64,000 bases of DNA from Negaprion brevirostris. Taxonomy: Eukaryota. The translations under genes were made by a program, and so were the position numbers. Below the pieces are notes generated by a model. That model had not been told where the DNA came from and did no database searches. It saw nothing but the letters and a program-made list of their open reading frames with translations. Location: the NCBI GenBank assembly GCA_030324005.1, contig JARDVH010000042.1, forward strand, positions 81,002,760-81,066,759, in the 5' to 3' direction. Shown piece by piece: positions 38,886 to 51,090 of the stretch (position 1 is its first letter; each line of letters opens with the position of its first letter).

Positions 38886-39268
38886 TTAGCTTTGATCATT
38901 TTTATCATTATGAGACCTATCTGAAGTCAGGTATTCCACTGGAAAGGGCTGTAGTCTTAAATTTTGATCACTTTCTGCTGTGCAGGTGTTATTGTTGAGT
39001 GGTGCTGGTAAATCAGGCTGCAGCAGCCCATGTGCTGAGGCTCCACCAGCTGGTTGAGCGAACTGTTGTGATTGAAGTCCACTCAGCCNNNNNNNNNNNN
39101 NNNNNNAAGTCTTTTCCAGAAGGAATATCTTTTCTTGTTGTTGTGACAATTGACTTGACAGTTCAAGGACAAGACGTACTCGACTTTCACCTCCAACACT
39201 AAGCTCATGATGTTCAATGTCATTGCTGCTGCCATCTTCTTTGAAATGCTTATTGTTCAATTCCTGTT
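38886..39268 (-). CDS. CCDC192: CCDC192-like coiled-coil protein, terminal coding exon
   Basis: Acceptor ttcattttgcag|AA (phase 1, completes GAA with the previous exon). GESRVRLVLELSSQLSQQQEKIFLLEKT(L)xxxxx(R)LSGLQ matches recalled human GDRKISLIMELSTQVSLQTERITQLKEVLEEKERKIQQLE. The 18-N gap keeps frame; TAA at 38886-38888. Confidence 0.82.
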
Positions 39269-39954
39269 CTGCAAAATGAAAGATAACAAAGATAATAATC
39301 CGATTGTTCACATTTTCGATATGCTTAAATATTTTATGATTCTATATTGTTGATTAGGACCTTTGCCCGCTAGCAACATGGGCTTGTAAATGATCCATTA
39401 CACACCCCCACTCACTTTTATACTGTTAGGCTTCAAGCCCCAGAAATCTGCACAGGTATGATCTACACAGTTATGGCAGGATTGCACACACTGAGAAGTT
39501 ATACTGCTGACTTCACTGGATGTTGTAGAGTTGAGGGACTGGTCTCCCTCTGTGAGTCTTTGTTGCTGTGGGGCCAAATATGTGGAACCCCCCCGTTAAA
39601 GACATTTGAAACACAGGTAGTTGATCTTTGAGGAGAAGGGACTAGGCACATTTTATCAATGATGCTGCTTCAAAAATATTTAAACAAAAATGGCAGACCT
39701 TGGCAGCCCAGATCCCAACCAATAACTGAACTGACAAGTTGTCACCAATTGTGGTAAGATGCACCTAAGTGGTAACAAATGTACCTGTGAGGATGCTGCT
39801 GCTGATCTATATTACAGAGCAAAGACCAGGTGACCCAGACATAAGGAGCCCCAGATTCTGCCCCCAAGAGGCAGAAGTCCAATCTTGTTTACATTGTTCT
39901 TCATGATTTCTACCAAACCTCTGACAGGAATCCACTAAAATGGCTAGATATTTA

Positions 39955-40160
39955 TATTTGATTTGATTTGATTTATTTTTGTCACATGTATTAGTATACA
40001 ATGAAAAGTATTTTTTCTTGCAGGCTACATAGACAAAGCATACTGTGCATAGAGAAGGAAAGAAGCATAGAATCTAGTGTTACAGTCATATCTAGGGTGT
40101 AGAGCAAGATCAACTTAAGATGAGGTAGGTCCATTCAAAAGTCTGATGGCCAAAGGGAAG
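39955..40160 (-). mobile_element. Rex1-type LINE 3' end
   Basis: (atttg)n tail on the + strand and the same UTR as at 8710 and 30850. Confidence 0.85.
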
Positions 40161-40501
40161 AAAAGGGATTAGAATTTAAAAGCATAGAACAAGACTAAAA
40201 GGTAGAATTACAAAGTATGCTAGACACAGCTTGCAAGAAGTCACCATGCTCCAACTCCATCTTGGATATATACCTGCTTCTCTCCTTCTCCTTTTTTGAT
40301 CACTCCAACCCTGAAAGCAATTTATACTGGGGTACAAGTGCCATGATTTCTGACAATATTCCAGTCACAGTCTCAAGTGGTCAATCTTTCTGCTTGGGTC
40401 AACACAGCAAACAATGCGAAGTTATTTCATCTAGAGAGACAACACAGCTGATGCTGATCCAATATTCACAACATCTATATTTAACAACTGGTATTACTGG
40501 A

Positions 40502-40836
40502 TAAGAACATAAGAACATAAGAAATAGGAGCAGGAGTAGGCCATCTAGCCCCTCAAGCCTGCCCCGCCATTCAATAANNNNNNNNNNNNNNNNNNNNNNN
40601 NNNNNNNNNNNNNNNNNNNNNNNNNNNNNNNNNNNNNNNNNNNNNNNNNNNNNNNNNNNNNNNNNNNNNNNNNNNNNCTTGTGAGGCACCTTGTCAAACG
40701 CCTTCTGAAAATCAAGAAACACCACATCCACCGGCTCTCCTCTATCCACCGCCCCAGACACATCCTTGTAGAACTCCAGTAAATTTGTCAGACACGACTT
40801 CCACTTAACAAAACCGTGCTGCGTCTGCTCTATCAA
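40502..40836 (-). mobile_element. CR1-clade LINE (RT motif plus 3' end; interior collapsed in a gap)
   Basis: QHGFVKWKSCLTNLLEFYKDV...VDVVFLDFQKAFDKVPH; tail (aagaacat)n. Confidence 0.93.
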
Positions 40837-40989
40837 ACAATAGCAATCAGCAGAAGGAAGCCTAACTGATATTGTGTCTCAGTTCAATGCTAGAGTATTA
40901 AAGCCCATTGCAATATGCTGCTTGCGATTAGCTTTCTCAGAAGCTGTCAATTGGGCTCATCAGATAGTGCAATAACCCACAAAGCCATT

Positions 40990-41140
40990 GAGAGAGCTTG
41001 TAATTCAGGCATTAAATTTAAGATGCTCCATGGGTATTATTATCCACACACCCTGCCTCACAGTTTCCTGATGCAATGTTCCAGCTCCCTGTCCCTGGAA
41101 CCACATTACGTCATGTGTCCACAAATCGAAGACAAACTAC
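40990..41140 (+). mobile_element. Possible L1/Tx1-type LINE C-terminal relic
   Basis: IKFKMLHGYYYP...C...H..MCPQI resembles the FK.LH..Y..P / H....CP region of L1-clade ORF2. Confidence 0.4.
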
Positions 41141-42231
41141 AAATTAAATGTGTGATTGCATATGGAGGAAAACAAAATAACTAAATGCAACAGGCACGAT
41201 AGGGTCGACCAGTTAATTAGAATGAGGTAAAGCCAATTCTTGGCAATGATACAAGGCTTTAATTGTAAGGGAGTATTATAGATAATCAAAACAATTATGA
41301 GTAAAAGTTCTGTGAGGCGCTCATATTCAAGCCATGTCCTAAATATAGCTAGTTTTCACGTTATTTTTCCCCAAAAGTTATACAGTTGTTCAGTTGAGTT
41401 TCTTGTTGATGTGATTGTATTTGAAGATGATGTTGTACTTATATTATCTGTTGGACATTTATCTTTTTGTGTTTTAAGTGTGTTTTGTAGAAGTTTTAAA
41501 CAGAAATAACCTTGCCCACTGAAGTGCCTTTCACAACTTCATAAAAGTGTTTTTTAGCAACTAAAGTACATTTTTGGTCAATGCTGTTATGTAGGAATTT
41601 TGAAACCCAAATTGTACTTAACAAGATTCACAAACAGGAAGAATCAGAAATTGGAGGTGAAATTGGGTTTTTGGGTGCCATGAGTCTCCTTCAAGTTCCA
41701 AAATGGCGTTTGCAGCACATGCACACACTTCTGAGGCAAAGTGTGCCAGACACCATACTGGTAAAGGGGTTAGTGACACTAACCTAATGTTCCCGGCTCT
41801 ATGTACAATAGGCAGATCATGTGTTCAACTGCAAAAAAGACATCCCACCTTGCCCCCACCTCCAGCGCTATTTAAAGATATCAACAACTACTTGCAGGTT
41901 AGTTACTGTTTTTTTTTCTGGCTGTTGCTGCAATTCAACTGGTTTTAGTTGCTTTCAGGCATGTTTCTAAATGTTTATATGCTGACTTGAAAGCTTCTGC
42001 ATAGGGGAGTTTTTCCCGCACTAGACTAGGAACCTTTTCTTATGGTACTGAGCATGAATGGGTGAATGAACAGAACAGATCAAGCTGCTAGAATAAAAAC
42101 ATGACCAGATTGGAGGTGGAGAGATGGGGAAACAAGACTCTTAAAAGGAAGCTTTATCTGCAGAGGATCTTAGAGAAGCAGATTTGTTAGACAACTACAT
42201 GGAGATCCTATCCCAGTCCTATCCTGTAGAT

Positions 42232-42300
42232 CAGTAGTGGGCAACCTGCAGCCTAGGGGTCACATGCAGCCCATCTCAGTTCTGAATGTGGCCCATGAGA
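42232..42300 (+). mobile_element. hAT (Charlie-like) terminal fragment
   Basis: CAGTAGTGGGCAACCTGCAGCC...CACATGCAGCCC...TGTGGCCC, a CpG-decayed CAGTGGTGGGCAACCTGCGGCCC-type end. Confidence 0.55.
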
Positions 42301-42359
42301 CATTGTTGGGCGGGGCGAACAAGTAAAATTCTGCCCACTGTGTGTCACCTTCTCCTGAA

Positions 42360-42800
42360 AATAGGGAGTTTGTTTGTGAATGCTGTGCAATCTATGTTGG
42401 TGATCTGGCCGTCATGTTTGAGCAGCTGGTAGTGTGTGCAAGCTGTGAGACAAGGGAATGATGCTTGAAATGGTGCTAAGATTTTGAGGGTGAGAGGAAG
42501 CATACAAATTAGTTTGTTATGAATCCTGACCTATAGATCGTTGGTAAAGGAGTGACAGGGGTGTGGGGAATTGAGTAGTTACTGAGGCCAGTGATGCAGC
42601 AGGCAGGATGTCACATTTAAAGATGCAATTGCTGACCTTGACCATTTGTGTGCTTTCAATAAACTTCTTCCTGCACTGCATCCACGTTCTTGGAGTTAAT
42701 GTCATGGTATTGACCTCCTCCACCATTTTTCCAAGTTTGTGTCTGGATACAATTTGACCTCCTTCACCAAGATTTCCAGTGCACCAACTGAAAGCTTTGG
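42360..42800 (-). mobile_element. Harbinger Myb/SANT-like relic
   Basis: VEEVNTMTLTPRTWMQCRKKF..STQMVKV followed by a donor-like gtcagc. Confidence 0.75.
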
Positions 42801-42869
42801 TGCCAGCCTCTGCCATGGTCAGCCATTGTCAATTGTTGCACAGCACATAATTCCCAATGATCTTACAAA

Positions 42870-44005
42870 ATGTGAATGCGGGAGGTATGATCAGTAAGTC
42901 CACAGATGACACAAGAATTGGTGGTGTGGTAAATAGCAAGGAGAAAAGCCTTAGGTTATAGACAAGGTGTTCAGATGGGCAGAATAGTGGAAAATGGAAT
43001 TTAACCCTGAAAAGTGTGACGTGATGTATTTTGGATGGGCTAACAAGGTAATACACAATGAATTGTAGGATGCTAGGAAATACAGAGGACCAGAGGGACT
43101 TTGGGATGCATGCCCATAGGTTCCTGAAGGCAGCAGGACAGGTAGATCAGGTGGTAAAGCAGACATATGAGATGTTTGCCTTTTTTAGCTGAGGCATAGG
43201 ATATAAGAGCTGGGATGTTATGATGGAACTATATAAAATACTTGGTAGTCTACAAATAGATTAATGCGTGCAGTTCTGGTCACACATTATAGGAAGGATG
43301 TGATTGCACCAGAAAGGGCGTAGAGGAGTTTCATCGGGATGTTGCCTGGGCTGGAGTATTTCAGCTTTGAAAAGAGGCTGGTTAGGCTGGGATTGTTTTC
43401 CTTGGAGCAGAGGAGACTGAGGGGGGATCTGACTGAGGTGTACAAAATTATGAAGGACATAGATAGGGTAGATAGAAAGAAACCTTTCCCCTGAGTAGAG
43501 GGATCAATAATCAAGGCGCATATGCCCTTAAATCTATGCGCCTTGATTATTGATCCCTCTACTCAGGNNNNNNNNNNNNNNNNNNNNNNNNNNNNNNNNN
43601 NNNNNNNNNNNNNNNNNNNNNNNNNNNNNNNNNNNNNNNNNNNNNNNNNNNNNNNNNNNNNNNNNNNATGCCCTTAAATCTATGCGCCTTGATTATTGAT
43701 CCCTCTACTCAGGGGAAAGGTTTCTTTCTATCTACCCTATCTATGTCCTTCATAATCTCATGCCCTTTACCTTAAATCTGAGATTTAGAGGAGATTTGAG
43801 GAAAAACTTGTTCATCTAGAGAATGGTGGGAATCTGGAACTCACTGTCTGAAAGGGTGGTAAAGGCATAAACCCTCATGACATTCAAGAGGCATTTAGAT
43901 GTGCACTTGAAACACCACAGCACACAAGGCTATGGAACAAGTGCTGGAAAATGGGATTAGAATGGATAGATACTTGATGGTCAGCGCAGACATGATGAGT
44001 CAAAA
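42870..44005 (+). mobile_element. CR1-clade LINE 3' region with internal inverted duplication
   Basis: GMISKSTDDTRIGGVVNS, LGLFSLEQRRLRGDLTEVYKIM; rearranged over 43447-43780. Confidence 0.92.
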
Positions 44006-44229
44006 GGTTAGCTTTAAGTAGCACTAGAAAGTAATGATATCAGAGCCCCAGAAGCAAATGAACAGCGCAGACAACAGACTGCATACAGAAATGGTTAGAA
44101 TGTCCAGCTGCCTCAAAGTTGGCACGCTGCCAATGTTCCACTGAACGAGCGTAGGTTCGTTGTACATTATGGTCCCCTCACCTGCTTTCCTGGATTAAGC
44201 CATCTATCTCCCAATCTACTTTTGTGCCC

Positions 44230-44430
44230 TTACTTGAAGGGTAAATGTTGGCCAAGGCAACAGAAACCCCTTGCTTTTCTTTTAATGGTGCCATGAGATA
44301 CTTTACATTCAGCTAAAACAGTGAATGTGGCCTCACTTTTAACAATTCATCCAAAACCACTGCTCTGATGAGGTTGGCTCAGAACCTCGAAACTGTGACC
44401 AACCGATTCAGATGAGGAATGCTCCCATTG
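44230..44430 (-). mobile_element. Deu-domain SINE relic
   Basis: TTGAAGGGTAAATGTTGGCCAAGG...TGCCATGAGATACTTTACATTCA is the reverse complement of the Deu core. Confidence 0.6.
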
Positions 44431-45164
44431 CTCCAAAGGATGGCAACTTTACATTATTTATTTGGTGATAAGTTTAAAGAACCTTAAATTGCATATTTTT
44501 AATGCTTGCATTTATTTTTCATGAATAGTGCATTTTGAAGTTTTATTAACTAATAGCTGTTTTCCAATTTATAATCATAATTAATTGAGACCAAGGTGCC
44601 TTGTAACTAATCTCTTACCAACCTCCTCTCCTCTATCCAAACTTGCTCCACTGAAATCATTGAGAGATGTTGAGAGAGATGTTAATGTGCAATAACATTC
44701 AGTTCAAAGATCTTACTACGACACAGGTTTTTAGAACCAAGTCAAAAAGAGCTATGTTGAAGCTGAAGAGATTCTCTGAAGAGTTCAAAATGACGGGCTG
44801 GACCCATATCCTGTTCCTGTTCTCAGCATTTCTGATATTGGCAGCTATGTGACTAGGAATGGGGCATAAATTGTACATATAGTATTTACCAATCAGCCTG
44901 GCTATTTAAAGAGACAGGAGAAACAGGAAGTGGTGAGAAAGTTGAATAATTGCTGTGTGTTCTAGGATTTGGTACTGGAAACATAAACAGCTTTAAAGAC
45001 CCGGTGTAAAGAATTCTCAGCCATTTAATGAGCTGTGTGAAGTTTCAGATTTATGCTGAATTTGCCTCTGAGATAGAGACTGCTGTAGATCCTCAGGGAA
45101 GAGAGGGGTGAATTGGCTGGAAAAAAATCAAGGACCCATTCCCATGCTATCTCTTCATTATTCT

Positions 45165-45275
45165 CACTCACCTGATGGAGCAGCGCTCTGAAAGCTCATT
45201 AACATGTTGGACTTCAACCTGGTGTTGTGAGACTTCTTACTGTGCCCACCCCAGTCCAAACCGGCATATTCATAC
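45165..45275 (+). mobile_element. Penelope-like pseudo-LTR with degenerate hammerhead
   Basis: CACCTGATGGAGCAGCGCTCTGAAAGCTC...TGTTGGACTTCAACCTGGTGTTGTGAGACTT...CCCCAGTCCAAACCGGCAT; same family as 52341-52574. Confidence 0.75.
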
Positions 45276-45429
45276 CTTCATTATTCCTTGCCTCATAGGC
45301 TTAGAGGACAATATTTCAGACTGCCAGTCGCACTGGGTGTGCAGAGTGTTGTCCACGAAAGTTGAAGAAATAGGTGCAGGATCCTCAAACGAGGCATGTA
45401 AAGAAAGGTGTGACCGAAGTGTGCAGCTA

Positions 45430-46570
45430 AAGCCATGGGAATAGGGCATGAGATGGTTGAACGTTCCATTAGAACAGCAAGAAGGTGAGTTATTACCCTG
45501 AGCAAAGAGTACATTGGAATAGGTACGACTTCTCTGAAATTAACTGAAAGGCAGTGCAACACTTAGAATATCTTGGGAAATGGTCAGAGAAATCTACTCC
45601 ATATTAGAGGCAGACATCATACCTCTAATAGTATGTGCCTAAGCTCTGCCATTGCAGTGAAAGTAACCATGGCCCTCAACTTTTATGCAGTTGGATCCCT
45701 CCAGGGTTCTGCTGCAGACCTCTGAGGCATCTCACTATCAATCAGGTGCCTAACACCAATGAACACTGTCTTTTTTGATAGATTGGGGAAGCAAGTTACT
45801 TTTCTAACAGATCAGGCTCTTTATAGTAACTAGTGCAAGGTGTGATAGATAGCACACACATCTCCATCAAAACACCATCATAGGAGTTGTAAAGATATAA
45901 GAATAGAAAATCCTTTCATTCCATCAACATGCTGTTTGTGTGCGACTACAATAAGGGTTTCCTCCAAGTCTGCACACAATTTCCTGGAAACTGCTAAGAC
46001 TCTTTCATCCTGAGGGAATTAAATCTGTCACACCTTTTTTGCCAGACCTAATGTCTATGGCTGGCTAGTGGATGTCAAAGGTTACTCTTTGAGGACTAAA
46101 ATAGGAAAAAGAAAATACTGGGCTTGCTGACAATTTGAAATAAAAACAGAAGGTGCTGGGAAAACTCAGCAGATTTGGTAGCATGGAAAGAAAAACAGAG
46201 TTAATGTTACGAGTTCAATAGAACTCTTCTTCAATGTAATAATAAGTCACCATCAGACCAAAACACTCATCGGGCAGGCTCCTGGCTTTTTAAAAATGCA
46301 TTTCCAATGCTCAGACTACTCAGGAGGTGCACTGCAATACTTTCCCGTGAGAGTTTCATGGATAATGGTGACGTCCTGCTTTGCTGTATAATATGGAGTG
46401 TAACAGATTCGAAATCCAGAACCCAGTGAAGTAGAGCACTCATCAGAGGAAGAAGGAGATGGAGCTAACTCAGATAAGATGTAACCAAGAACGGAAAGTT
46501 GGTGGATGAGAGGGATACAGGAGAAAATGATGCTAGGCATCCCCAGGTACCTAGAGACTGCTCAGCACAT
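45430..46570 (+). pseudogene. Harbinger (HARBI1-like) DDE transposase, decayed
   Basis: Ordered motifs AVKVTMALNFYAVGSLQG, VQGVIDSTHISIKTP, NRKSFHSINMLFVCD, FPGNC*DSFIL, GWLVDVKGYSL, FLKMHFQCSDYSGGALQY. Confidence 0.92.
46110..46235 (-). mobile_element. Penelope-like terminus inserted in the Harbinger transposase
   Basis: TGAAATAAAAACAGAAGGTGCTGGGAAAACTCAGCAG...; minus strand TTGAAGA-A-GAGTTC-TATT-GAACTC-GTAA-CA-TT hammerhead-like fold. Confidence 0.65.
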
Positions 46571-47424
46571 TCTGCTTAGTCGTAGTCAACAAGGGGACCT
46601 AATTCAGAGATGCTTCTCCTAAACAACATTGAGAATATCAATACACCCTTGGAAACAAATGGCTGTTCAGCCATTGCTAGATTTGATAATCCTGCCACCT
46701 CACAACTTACAGGAGAAGCCCATTCCACCAGGAGAAAGAAAATATAAAAGCATTTGTTGAAACCCTCTGGCATCACAATGGGTGAAGTCTTCACCTTCAT
46801 GAGGCAGCATTCAACCATCTTGAGGGACAGGCCATAAGATGCTCTCAGACAGAAAAACCCTGTGACAGAGGGACACTGTGACAGAAAGACCTGTGACAAT
46901 GGGATCCATAGAAAGAGGGAGTTGCATTGAGCACTCCTTTCATAGTTTGGTGATCTTTATACCAGCTGATGGGGTGGTTACATACAGCAGAAAGATTTTA
47001 CTGGCTCCCATTACCCAAATGTTGAGGGAAGTTACACACACCCATTAGGTAATGGTATCCTGTTGGACATCAACACAAAATCCAGAGCCAGTCAGCAATC
47101 ACGGAATCCATCTGGAATGGAATTTGAAACCTGCACCATTTGATTCAGTGGCAAGTCAGGTAAACAGGTAAGCCAAAGGTATACTTCTTTCTGTGTGATA
47201 TTCTACAAATTTTATGTATGAATGTAAAGGTCTTTGAATGTGCCAGCTGCACAACACGCAAATGTATATTTGCTAGAAATTCAACGCAAATGAAAAAAAG
47301 TGCAATTTAAGGTACAGCAGTGAAACTCGGAGGTTGGGGGAGAGGACAAGATAAGGTGACATTAAGAATTACTCATTAAAGTCTTAACTTGATAGAGTAT
47401 TGTTTAGATATTTTGTGAGTTGTC

Positions 47425-48035
47425 TCAGGGATATGCTTGCATGGAAGGCAGCTCAGAGAAGATTCACTGGACTGATTTCTGTGATGAAGGAGTTGTCTTA
47501 TGGGAAAAGGTTAGGTAAGTTGGGCCCATATTCATTGGAATTTAAAAGAATGAGAGGTGATTTTATTAAAACATACAAGATTTTTAGGNNNNNNNNNNNN
47601 NNNNNNNNNNNNNNNNNNNNNNNNNNNNNNNNNNNNNNNNNNNNNNNNNNNNNNNNNNNNNNNNNNNNNNNNNNNNNNNNNNNNNNNNTTATTAAAACAT
47701 ACAAGATTTTTAGGCGGCTTGATAGTTTAGATGCTGAGAAAATGTTTCCCCTCCTGGGAGAATCAGAGGTCACAGTTTCAAAATAAACAGTCACATATTT
47801 ACTGAGGAGAACAGGAACTTTGTCTCACAAAGGGTCATCAGTGTTTTGAAGTCTCTCTCCCAGTGAGCAGTGGAGTCACTGAATATATTCAAGGCAGTGT
47901 TAGAAAAGAGAGTCAAGGGTTATGGGGGCAGGTAGAAAAGTGGAGTTAAGAGTACATCAGATCACCCATGATCATACTGACCAGCGAATGAGGCTTAAGG
48001 GCTGAATGGCACACTCCCGATCATTGTTCTTATGT
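47425..48035 (+). mobile_element. CR1-clade LINE 3' end
   Basis: AQRRFTGLISVMKELSYGKRLGKLGPYSLEFKRMRGDFIKTYKI. Confidence 0.9.
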
Positions 48036-48904
48036 TTACTATCCTTCGTTATCTTGAATTTAAAATATAATTGTCTCTCCCTTCATTCATGTGGCTGTTG
48101 TTGAAAAACATTGTGACCAATAATGCCCCGTAATCAAATTAGAGTTCACGACCTGGCAGAAAGCCATTTATAGTAGTGGTTTCCATGACCGAAGCCAATG
48201 TTGGTTTTAAATTAGAAACAAAGGAAAGAATCAACAGACCACAAAACATCATATACAGAGACAGTTAACCACGGGATGCATTTACCAGCGCAGTCATGCA
48301 TAAAGCTGTGGAACTGGCTCAGACACCCGGCAAGGCATTGCATCCGCCACTTTTAAATCATGTTGATTGCACTTAGTCCTTGTATGAATAAGCCCTCCTG
48401 TGGACAGGTGCAGACCAAACTTGTATGGATACAACTCCCTTCAGAAGGCATCTTGTTACTGCTCGTTTGGAAATTCCTAATCACAATGGGTACTCTGTGA
48501 AATACACTGTCATTTCTGGAAGGTTCAATCAAATATAGCTTAAATGAATACTGCTTTTGATATTCAAAGAGGATGTGAGCACAACCTGCTGCTTTAATGT
48601 GTTAATGAGTATTTTCGCTGTGTGAGTGGTTGTGCAGAGGTCTGGCTGCAGTTTAGCTTGGTGATTTTTTTTTCAGAATTAATTTCATGTTTTTTCCACA
48701 GTTAGTAATCGTTTACATTTATTTGTTTCATTTACTCATGAAGTTTTGATTTAAAAAAAAAAGTAGGCTTTTAATCTTTGGTTAGATTGACAAATTTACC
48801 AATCCCATATTCCCATTGGAAATCTAGGCTCAAAGAGGACCATCAGTGGTGGACTACAAGTTGGAAAATCAACATGGCAGTGTTGTAGCTTTTTCTCCAA
48901 ACCA

Positions 48905-49255
48905 TAGAAACCCTACAAAAGTGCAAAAGGAGGCCATTCAGCCTATCAAGTCTGCACTGACAACAATCCCAGACAGGCCCTATCCCTGTAACCCTACGTA
49001 TTTACCCTGCTAATCCCTGTAACCTATGCATCCCAGGACACTAAGCAGCAATTTAGTATGGCCAATGCAGCTAACCAGCCCATCTTTGGGCTGTGAGAGA
49101 AAACTTGAACACCCAGAGGAAACCCAGGCAGATATGGGGAGAACGTGCAAATTCCAGACAGACAACAAGACCTAAACTCCTCACAGACCCAAGCCAGGAA
49201 TCGAATCCAGGTCCTTGAGCTGTGAGGCAGCAGTGCTAACCACTGTGCCATCCCA
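48905..49255 (-). mobile_element. HE1-type SINE
   Basis: Reverse complement of GGCACAGTGGTTAGCACTGCTGCCTCACAGC head through the CR1-like tail. Confidence 0.9.
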
Positions 49256-50506
49256 CCATGTTCCCTTTAAGTCCAGTTCTCCACTAGAATATAGAATCAG
49301 TGAATTTATTTTTTATATTGTTTTCCCCTAAATTTAAGTAAAAAAAAATTTATTGCACATTATCCATGCATTTTTGGGTTCAAATAAAACAAAAATTTGC
49401 AATTAAATTTTAGATTCAATGAAGAAAAGCAATTTTAAAAAGAATTAATTCAAATCCTTAGTAAATGTTAACAACTATCTGTTGAGAATATAATGCTAGA
49501 AAGAGTTCACATAGAACATTGCATCCTCAATATCTACACCCTGTGGAATTTCATTCAGCTATCTACGCAATACAGGTGGATGAAGCTGAACTTTAAATGT
49601 ATCTTCACTTACCAAATAGTATTGAGAAAACATGAGTTCCCTGTGCCAAACAGGGAAAGCAGCTGTGTGTGTGCTGCACCTGAACTGCCATAATGCTCAT
49701 GTTGATGTTTCCGTGTTTTATCAGGCTCAAAACTAATTTTAGAATTTGTCTTTTATTTCTGGGAATGATTGCAAAATGTAATCGTAAAAAAGCAGAATGC
49801 TTAACTAACTGTATCCTATTCAAATTTGGGGAGCTGATTTCCATGTAAATTGGCAGTGAGATGAAAATCAGGAAATAAATGCTGACTTACTGCTGGAAGT
49901 CTGCCCCAATTTTTGGGCAGATCTGGATTTCGGCAACCAGCACTGCTGTCAGTAACAGGCAGAGTCTGAATTAAAAACTGGATTCAACCAACATTATCCA
50001 AAATTCTCCACTGTCAGTAAGTATTGCCACTATTACCTCCTCACTCTTCTCACAAATCATAGTGGTAAAGGCCATCAAGCAGCCATTATATTCACCTGCA
50101 CTAATTTTAAAAGTTGCAATTATCTTGGAGGTGCTTTGCTGACAATGTTTGGTTTCCTGGATGGCTTTAAAGTGTTTGTTGCACCTGTACAACCTCCTGA
50201 AATCTTAAGGGACTTCTGGCAGCATGAGGATCCTTCTGACATTTCCCCTCTGGCCCAAGGAATAGAAACAGAAGCTATAACTGGAGCTGGAGCAGGAGCT
50301 GGCAACTGCAGGGAGGCCGGATGAATGAGGTATGGTTTCAAAAATTATTACCATTCTAACAAAGTGTGTAGGTTCAGGACAACTCACTTGCACTTACTGA
50401 GACTGATTGAAGGAAGCTGACTGGGATTTTCTAGTCAGTCTGGTCTCCGGTGGTGGCAGAGGGCAAATTCAATGCCAGGAGGCTCAGAGGCTCTCCTTTG
50501 TCTGTA

Positions 50507-51090
50507 TGGCAGCATGGTGGCATTGCTGCCTCACAGCGCCAGAGACCTGGGGTCGATTTCAGCCATAGGTGACTGTCTACGTGGAGTTTGCATGTTCTTG
50601 CCATGTCAAAGAACAACAAAGAACAAAGAACAACCCAGCACGGGAAACAGGCCCTTCGGCCCAACGAACCCGCGCCGCCGCATCCTCCTACNNNNNNNNN
50701 NNNNNNNNNNNNNNNNNNNNNNNNNNNNNNNNNNNNNNNNNNNNNNNNNNNNNNNNNNNNNNNNNNNNNNNNNNNNNNNNNNNNNNNNNNNGTCCCAGTT
50801 TCTCCAACCTTTCCTCGTAACTCAGTCCTTCCATACCAGGCAACATCCTGGTAAACCTCCTCTGCACCGTCTCCAGAGTCTCCACGTCCATGTCTGCGTG
50901 AGTTTCTTCCATGTGATACAGTTTCTTCCCACAGTTCAAAGATGTGCAGGTTAGGTGGATTAGCCATGGTAAATGCACAAAGTTATGGGGATAGGGTGGA
51001 GGGGAGGGCCTGGATGACATGTGCTTTCTGAGAGTCAGTGGGTCAATTAGCTTCCTTCTGACTGTTGGGACTCTATGGTTCTACAGTATG
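50507..51090 (+). mobile_element. HE1-type SINE split by a CR1 insertion
   Basis: Head GGCAGCATGGTGGCATTGCTGCCTCACAGCGCC; resumes at 50888. Confidence 0.88.
50608..50887 (-). mobile_element. Young 5'-truncated CR1 insertion
   Basis: DVETLETVQRRFTRMLPGMEGLSYEERLEKLG; CCATGTC direct repeat at 50601-50607 and 50888-50894. Confidence 0.9.

Noticed and set aside
44364-44400. CTGATGAGGTTGGCTCAGAACCTCGAAAC, hammerhead-like
   Set aside because: The hairpin overlaps the core GA, there is no helix I partner, and it lies in a decayed SINE head; likely coincidence
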